A program made the translations under genes and the position numbers. A stretch of 64,000 bases of DNA from Mantamonas sphyraenae STR306 (Eukaryota > Protista > CRuMs), in the NCBI GenBank assembly GCA_026936335.1, contig JAPMXV010000074.1, positions 1-64,000 on the forward strand, written 5' to 3'. Under the pieces are notes generated by a model. It saw nothing but the letters and a program-made list of their open reading frames with translations, had not been told where the DNA came from and ran no database searches. Positions 58,601 through 64,000 of the stretch are shown in pieces (position 1 is the first letter of the stretch; each line of letters opens with the position of its first letter).

Positions 58601-61600
58601 CACGTCGGCCAAGCAGAACGCCGGGGTCAAGTCCGAACACGTGGCAGCCCTCCTGCGCAGCACCCTCCAACGCGCCGGCCGTCTGCTCGACGCAAAGAAG
58701 CTGAGCCACATGCCATCCGCAGACAAACAAACCATGCGCTTGGCCACCACTGTGCCCGGGGCTTCTGCAACAAAGCTTGCCTCTTACGCCCTGGCCATTC
58801 GCAGCGCCGCGCCAGACGCCCTCGACGGCGATGATGCAAGTGGCGGCGGATCGGCATCCATTGCCTCGGCCTTGCCCGCCCACCAGCTGCGCATGTTGGA
58901 CATGCAGGGTGTGGGCTTTGCCGTGTTGGTGGAGTCGGTGCTCAATCTGGCCGCGGCGTGTGTCGACGACGACTTTGGCGCTGTGATTGGCTCCGATTCT
59001 GTGGTTCAGCTCGTGGACTGGCTTGCAGGTCGCATCACCACGCCTCAGTTGGTGAATGCAGCCTCGGCCCTCCTCCAGCGCATCGGTGTGGGCAACCACC
59101 CGTCCGTGCTCGTCACATCCATCCTGCAAACCGTCACCGGGCGCCAGGCGCTCGGCCAAGGGTTTGTTTTCCGCCATCTGTTGACCTTGCTGCAGACCAC
59201 ACTCAGACGACATCCGCAGGCTGCCGACGCCCTCCTCGAAGCAGACGGCTTTGACCGCCTCCTCAACCTCATCCCGGGCATCGACACGCGCTCCGGCGTC
59301 GCTGGCGCGGGCGCTTCGTCCGCAGGTGCGAGTGATGACACAGAGGGAGCACAGAAGGCAGGCGGGGCGACGTCGGCGGTGGTGGCAGCCGATGCAGCCG
59401 CAGCTGCCGACGCAGCAAAGGCAAACAAGGGACTCACGCGACTGGAATTGGCCGCACGGTCCATCCGCGGTCTTTATGAGATCCCCAACATGCGCAAGGT
59501 GGTGACGGTGGATGAGAGCAATGCCGAAAGGAGTGGTGCGTCTTCTTCATCCGCTTCCTCCTCGTCCTCATCGTCCGCTTCCTCTTCCTCCTCGTCGGGA
59601 TATGACATGTTTGCGTATCCGGACGAAGGGATGGGCAATCCAGAGCAGGAGAAGACTGGATACAAGGATTTGCCCGTGGGAGGCGAGTATGCATCCGATG
59701 GCTTGTTGAACCTGGAGTGCCAACTTCAGGTGGTCGAGAGCGACGACTCCAAGCTGACCAGCACCCATCCCATCCTCAACGCAGGCAAGCTGTCCACCGC
59801 CTCTGTGCGCCAGGCCGGCTACTACGGCAGGCGTAGCGCCGACATGTCCCTGTGGTCGCACTTTTTCGGCCGCAACGACAACGACACATCGGTGACGTTC
59901 AAGCTGCCCTTGTCCTGTGTACCTCGTCTGTTGCTCATGCAGGGCCAGCAACTGCCTCCCACGGTGTCTGTGTATGGTGGACGCACACAAACTGCCTCGC
60001 GCATGTCCCTTCTGGGCGAGTACACGTGCGCAAACCACATGGACACCTCCCGCGCCATGCCCCTGTGCCAAATCGACTTGTGCGAACATTCGCCCATCAC
60101 CTGCGGTGTTCTCTATCTGCGTCTCGTCTTTGCACGCCCAGAGGGTGCCGAGCAGATCAGCCTTAGCCGCCTGTCCCTGTACGCCGAAAACGCCTCGCAT
60201 CACCAAACCAGCGGAGCTGAAGGAGACGCCGGATCGTCGTCGGCGTCGTCGTCAGCGTCAGCGTCAGCGTCGTCGTCCTCGCTGGAGGAAGGCGGAGCGT
60301 CGGAAGGCAACGCGGAGGGCAAGGATGTCGACGGAGCAGCGGACGGAGCCACCAACGAGGAAGAGGAGCAGGAGATTGTGGTCAAGACGGCACGCGACGA
60401 AGACACGCTACTGGTGTGGCAGATTGTGTCGCGGCTCCCTGTGGAGCAGTGGAGCAAGGCCAAGGAGGAGGAGGTGTGCATGTCTCTGCTGACGTCTGTG
60501 GCACGCAAATTGGTGGCGGCCTCGGACGCAGCCAGCACCGCAAGCATCATGAATCTCCTCACTCGCATGGTACACACGCGTCCGGAGCTGCTCGACACCG
60601 CACGCGACCTGCTTCCTGTCAATGTGCAGGCGGCGTCGGGAGCCAACGAAAACGCGGCGCCGACTGTCGTCGTTGTGGCTGTGTTGGAGGCGGTGCACAC
60701 GCACAGCAACGAACCGTTGCGAGAGGTGCGTGACCAAATCTACGCTGGACTGACAGAGATGGCCAGCAAGGCACCGGGTGCCAAAGGAGTGGCGCAGACG
60801 GTGGCCCTGGGTCATGCTCTGGCCAACGCCATGCTGTGGCTGCTTGGCTCATCGCACGCCTCTTTGCTTCCTGCCATCGACGAGAGCTGGTGGAAGACCC
60901 CTGTGCGTGTGGCTGGCGATGTGGCCACGCTGGATTCTGTGCGTGACGCTGCCCTCATGCTTGTGGCCAGCGTGTGCCGCGCCAGGGAGAGCGACGCCCT
61001 TGTGGCCGTGTCCCAGGTGGTGGACTTTTTGTGTGCCAGGTCAATGAGGACTCGCTGTTGTTTGGCGAACACTGTTTGCAGGTTGTGCTCGCGGCAGCGT
61101 CCAGCGAGGAGGGTGCTGCGCTGCTGCTCAAGTCCGAACTCATTGACAAGGTGGTCAACGGTGTGTTGGCCAACTGGAACGCACAGGCTGCGCCGCAGCT
61201 CGGTCACAGCCTGCGCTTCTTGGACAGGTGTGCACGCTTCCGCGACGTGAAAACATACCTGTTTGAAAGCAGCGGCTTTGTCGACCGCGTGCTGCAGATG
61301 GCACGCCGCGAGCCCCTGCCCCAAGTCGAGGACCAGGCGTTGCAAGTGTTGCTCACGGCCATGGGCGACCACACGGAAAACCAGGCCAAGACGGTGCAGC
61401 AACTGCAGACAGAACTCCACGCCGCGCTCATGGGCGACGAGGACGACTTTTCTGCATCCACTCTCAGCAAACGTCTCCTCCTTCAAGGTTTGCTGCGTGT
61501 GGAGAACACCACACCCGTGCTCTTCAGTGCCAACACGGCGCCTGCGGACGACGCCGAGGCGCAGCTCAAGGCGTTTCTGACACGCAGTGTGCAGCTCGTG

Positions 61601-64000
61601 CACGACGACACAGCCTCGTCGGCCTCCGCGAATCCCGCGGACAAGTTGCCCATGATGGGATCGTCGCTTCTGTCCAACGTTGCCCACCAGCGCTCCGTCC
61701 ACGAATGGGTGGTGGGCAAGTACGACGAAGTGAGCCAGGAGGACACGTGGTCGCTGGTCTACGAAGCACCCACGCTGTCCAGCACAGACACAAAGACCCT
61801 GTTTGGCGCGATGGTTGCCGCCAACGGACCCGTGGTGCTCGTTCTGCGCACCACCAAGGGCACCATCATCGGGGCCTGCATGGAAAAGATGTCTGCGGAC
61901 TACAACTCGCCCAACACAGGCAGCGAGCGCTGCTTCCTTTTCAACGCAAGCGAAAACACGGTGTTTTATGCACGCAAGCTGATCCAAACGTACGAGCAGT
62001 ACGTGTACCTGTCGGACCAGCCCAACTACAAGTCCCTCACCTTTGGCAGTGGCGACCTGAACATCAACTTTACCCAACCCGATCAGCCGGGCTACACCTA
62101 CATGTACTTGTATGGAAGCGACAACAACGGCACCACTTCGCTGTGTGAGTCGCCGTACAACCTCACCGCGCTTGAGCTGTGGGGCCTGAGCAGCGAGTTT
62201 GGCGGACGTGTGCTCGGTACAGACGAGTCGACGCAGGCTGTCGCTGCCCTGCCCGCCCAACCGGCCACGTTTGACACGGTGCAGAGCCTGTGTGAACTGT
62301 ACAGTGTGTCGCGCAAGGACACGGTGGCCTCGGTGTTGACGGGTCTGGGCTTGGACGACGCGGCAACGCCGTCGTTGGAAGTGCAGGACAAGGAACTGGT
62401 CATGGAGGATGTGGCCATGGGCACGGAACTGCTCATGTTCCACAGCGTGCAGGCGCTGGAGGCGCGTGTAAAGGAGGCGGCGGTGCGCAAGGCGGAGGGC
62501 AAGGGCACGGTGGCGGTGGCCGATCAGGTGGCAGACAACGACGTGCTCAAACTCTACATCGACATGTTGGTGGCGCAAATGGACCGCAAGAAGAGTTTGG
62601 TGATGAAAGGCAAGCACCGCAAGGTGGAAAACGTGCTGCCTGTGGCCGCCGTTGTGCAACGCTTGCACGAGATGCAGGCGTGCATGGACGTGGGCTCGTT
62701 CCAAAAGTCCTTTATGCGATCGGAAACGTGTGTGCCCATGCTCACTGTGCTCACCAACAGCGTGGATATCCACACCCACTTTGGCAAGAGCATGGACGAT
62801 GCCGCACTCGCCACCAAGGGCAAATCCGTGCAGGAGATCTTTGACGAGGGTGGCGACGTCCTTCTCCGCCTCATGGTCCAGTTCTTCATCGACGTGGCCA
62901 CTGCCAAGCAGCCAGTCGCCGACCAGGAACACGCAAACATGGAGGTTGTGATGTTGCGTCAGCTCCTCGGTCGCCTGGGCGTCATGTGTCACGAGACAAG
63001 CCGCAAGGAGCGTCTCGGCAGCAGCAGCAATGACGATGGCGACGCCTCCGCCTCATCGGCAGCCGCTACAGCCTCTGCGGAGGACGGCGACGAGGAGGGC
63101 AAGGAGGACGCGCCGTCGCTTGAGGCTGGTGGCGAGGACGAGGATGCCGGATGGGGAGACATGGGAACGGACGGCGAGGGCAAGTCGACGTATTGGGAGA
63201 AGGGCACCGGGTACGGACACCACCAGGCGGAGGAGTGGGACAGGGATGCGTTCCTGTTGGAACAGGCAAAGCGAGAGGATGTGATCTGCGGCATGCTTGC
63301 TGTGCTGCAGGCGTATCTTGGCATGCGCTTGCCCAGCGAGGAGCAGCCGTACCAGGCGGACGAGGCGCTGGGGACACGCCTTGTGCAGGAGCTGGACGAC
63401 AGTGTGCTGATCCCTGTGTTGGATTCGTACCTGCGCAACGACAGCATCCTGGACATGGTGCAGCACGGCCACCTGTACATGCGCATCATGCGCTTCCTGG
63501 AGTTTATGTCGGGCAACAGGTTGCTTGTGCGATTGCTGGACACGCTGCCGGGCCAGAGCAGCTCTGTGGCCTCGTTGCTGCGTGGCCTGGGCAAGCTGGC
63601 CGAGGTCTACATCAAGGCTGTGAGCAAGATTGACGAAGCCAGCAAGAAGAAGGCGCAGCAGAACAAGGACAAGACGGATCAGGATGGCAACGGCGGCATG
63701 AACCAGACAAGCAACAGCAGCAGCAACTCTGTGGTGGTACCTTGGAACGACACCTTTGAGGGTGCCTACCCGCTTCTGGGCGAGCAGGAATTGGCAGAGA
63801 TGAAGGAGCGCAAGGAGGAGGCGAGTGAGGCCGATGCGGCTCCGGGCGAAGTGCGCGACGAGGAATCCGTCAAGGCCAAGCAAGCAGCAGCTGCTGCAAA
63901 GGCCGACCAGCGCACCAACGATTTGGCCGCACAGATCCGCGACACGTGCAAGCGTGTGCGCGAACAAGTCAAGGCTGCGTCCAAGGAGGCCAAGGCAGCA
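52374..64000 (+). CDS. BIRC6: BIRC6/BRUCE-like giant IAP, 3'-partial, with a frame break or micro-intron at about 61017-61039; the 5' end may have upstream exons
   Basis: BIR domain near 53495-53700 (LARAGLY..CWKC...W..NDDPYLEH..VSHNC) within a propeller-like region. The downstream frame from 61037 appears open to the window end and contains YWEKGTGYG and LDSYLRNDSILDM (about 63190-63460), which match the pre-UBC region of BIRC6. Confidence 0.88.

Overview
This is the left end of a eukaryotic chromosome from a GC-rich, gene-dense, intron-poor genome, probably a flagellated protist (inference from gene content). It opens with a (CCCTAA)n telomere and two nested subtelomeric repeat families. 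Genes in order: an unrecognised Pro/Gln-rich protein with four winged-helix-like repeats (A-B-A-B); an ankyrin-repeat gene; three LEA-like hydrophilins; a ~3200-aa single-pass surface protein (Rax2/delta-60-like propeller repeats plus two Frizzled-type CRDs); two paralogous type II membrane beta-propeller glycosidase-like genes; a GT31/Fringe-like glycosyltransferase; an FHA coiled-coil gene; an LRR-like/ankyrin gene; a ~5150-aa multidomain HECT E3; a CCDC17-like gene; YJU2; and a BIRC6/BRUCE homologue with a TLDc insertion that runs off the window. The main oddities are a transcription-independent GC skew that inverts inside one 15-kb exon, a single in-frame TGA separating the FHA protein from the TM-GT31, a bipartite motif with fixed spacing upstream of all three LEA genes, a nested-stem candidate ncRNA between YJU2 and BIRC6, and about six single-base frame breaks that are most likely consensus errors. 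All family assignments come from motif recognition by eye, not from database searches.
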